The position numbers were made by a program, and so were the translations under genes. Positions 63,109 through 64,000 of a DNA stretch of 64,000 nt are shown here, in pieces. The stretch is from Chiloscyllium plagiosum (lineage: Eukaryota), in the NCBI RefSeq assembly GCF_004010195.1, contig NC_057718.1, forward strand, positions 84,917,968-84,981,967, read 5' to 3'. How positions within the stretch are numbered: position 1 is the first letter of the stretch; the number at the start of each line of letters is the position of its first letter. The notes below the pieces were generated by a model, which searched no databases, was not told the DNA's origin, and was given only the letters and a program-made list of their open reading frames with translations.

Positions 63109-63199
63109 AATGTTAGCTAATGGTAACAAAGTAACCACTATTGATTTGGTTTTTTTGGGTTATTAGCATCCTTTTAGAGACATAGAGTCGTACATATCT

Positions 63200-64000
63200 C
63201 AGCAAGAGGCTCAGCAATCACTTCTCTAGCTTCCCACAGAGTTCTCGGGTGCACCTGATCAGGTCCTGGGGATTTATCCAGCTTTAACCGTTTTAAGACA
63301 TCCAGCACTTCCTCTCTGTAATCTGGACATTTTGCAAGATGTCACCATCTATTTCCCTACAGTCTATATCTTCCATATCCTTTTCCACAGTAAATACTAA
63401 TGCAAAATATTCATTTAGTATCTCCCCCATTTTCTGTGGCTCCACACAAAGGCCGCCTTGCTGATCTTTGAGGGGCCCTATTCTCTCTCTAGTTACCCTT
63501 TTGTCCTTAATATATTTGTAAAAACCCTTTGGATTCTCCTTAATTCTATTTGCCAAAGCTATCTCATGTCCCCGTTTTGCCCTCCTGATTTCCTTCTTAA
63601 GTATACTCCTAGTTTCTTTATACTCTTCTACGGATTCACTCGATCTATCCTATCTATACCTGACATATGCTTCCTTCTTTTTCTCAACCAAACCCTCAAT
63701 TTCTTTAGTCATCCAGCATTCCCTATAACCTACCAGCCTTCCCTTTCCCCTGACAGGAATATACTTTCTCTGGATTCTTGTTATCTCATTTCTGAAGGCT
63801 TTCCATTTTCCAGCTGTCCCTTTACCTGCGAACATCTGCCTCCAATCAGCTTTTGAAAGTTCTTGCCTAATACCATCAAAATTGGAATTCTCCAGTTTAG
63901 AACTTCAGCTATTAGATTTGGTCTGTCCTTTTCCATCACTATTTTAAAACGAATAAAATTATGGTCGCTGGCCCCAATGTGCTGCTCCACTGACACCTCA
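63200..64000 (-). mobile_element. CR1 ORF2 fragment (region between APE and RT), running off the window
   Basis: SDHNFIRFKIVMEKDR; ANRIKENPKGFYKYIKDKRVTRERIGPLKDQ..EILNEYFALVFT. Confidence 0.88.

Noticed and set aside
59864..64000. Search for the next short ABHD12 exon (GGDHRVELYK)
   Set aside because: No matching exon was seen by eye; it probably lies beyond the window.

Overview
Vertebrate genomic DNA, very probably an elasmobranch (shark or ray), judged from many HE1-type V-SINEs with (CTAAT)n tails and CR1-type LINEs; the species cannot be determined. Two host genes lie head-to-head: the first coding exon of GINS1/Psf1 (minus, 9396-9470) and four spliced coding exons of ABHD12 (plus, 15495-59863; the gene continues beyond the window). 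Most of the rest is intronic repeat: a decayed class I (gamma/epsilon-like) endogenous retrovirus with integrase, env, PPT and probable 3' LTR in GINS1 intron 1, two related solo LTRs, nested CR1 LINEs, a Rex1-like LINE, SINEs and many Penelope-like elements (PLEs). The most notable signal is that at least three PLE terminal-repeat families each carry a minimal hammerhead-ribozyme motif (CUGANGA-stem-GAAA plus a palindromic ACGU/AGCU arm). These occur as short solo units and as inverted pairs. Other oddities are a 43-bp-arm hairpin inside the ERV integrase, several micro-insertions flanked by target-site duplications (TSDs), a diverged ~300-bp local duplication and an in-frame alternative acceptor in ABHD12. 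All family assignments come from recognising motifs by eye, not from database searches, and repeat boundaries are approximate. Two N gaps are present (8293-8781, 60768-61039).
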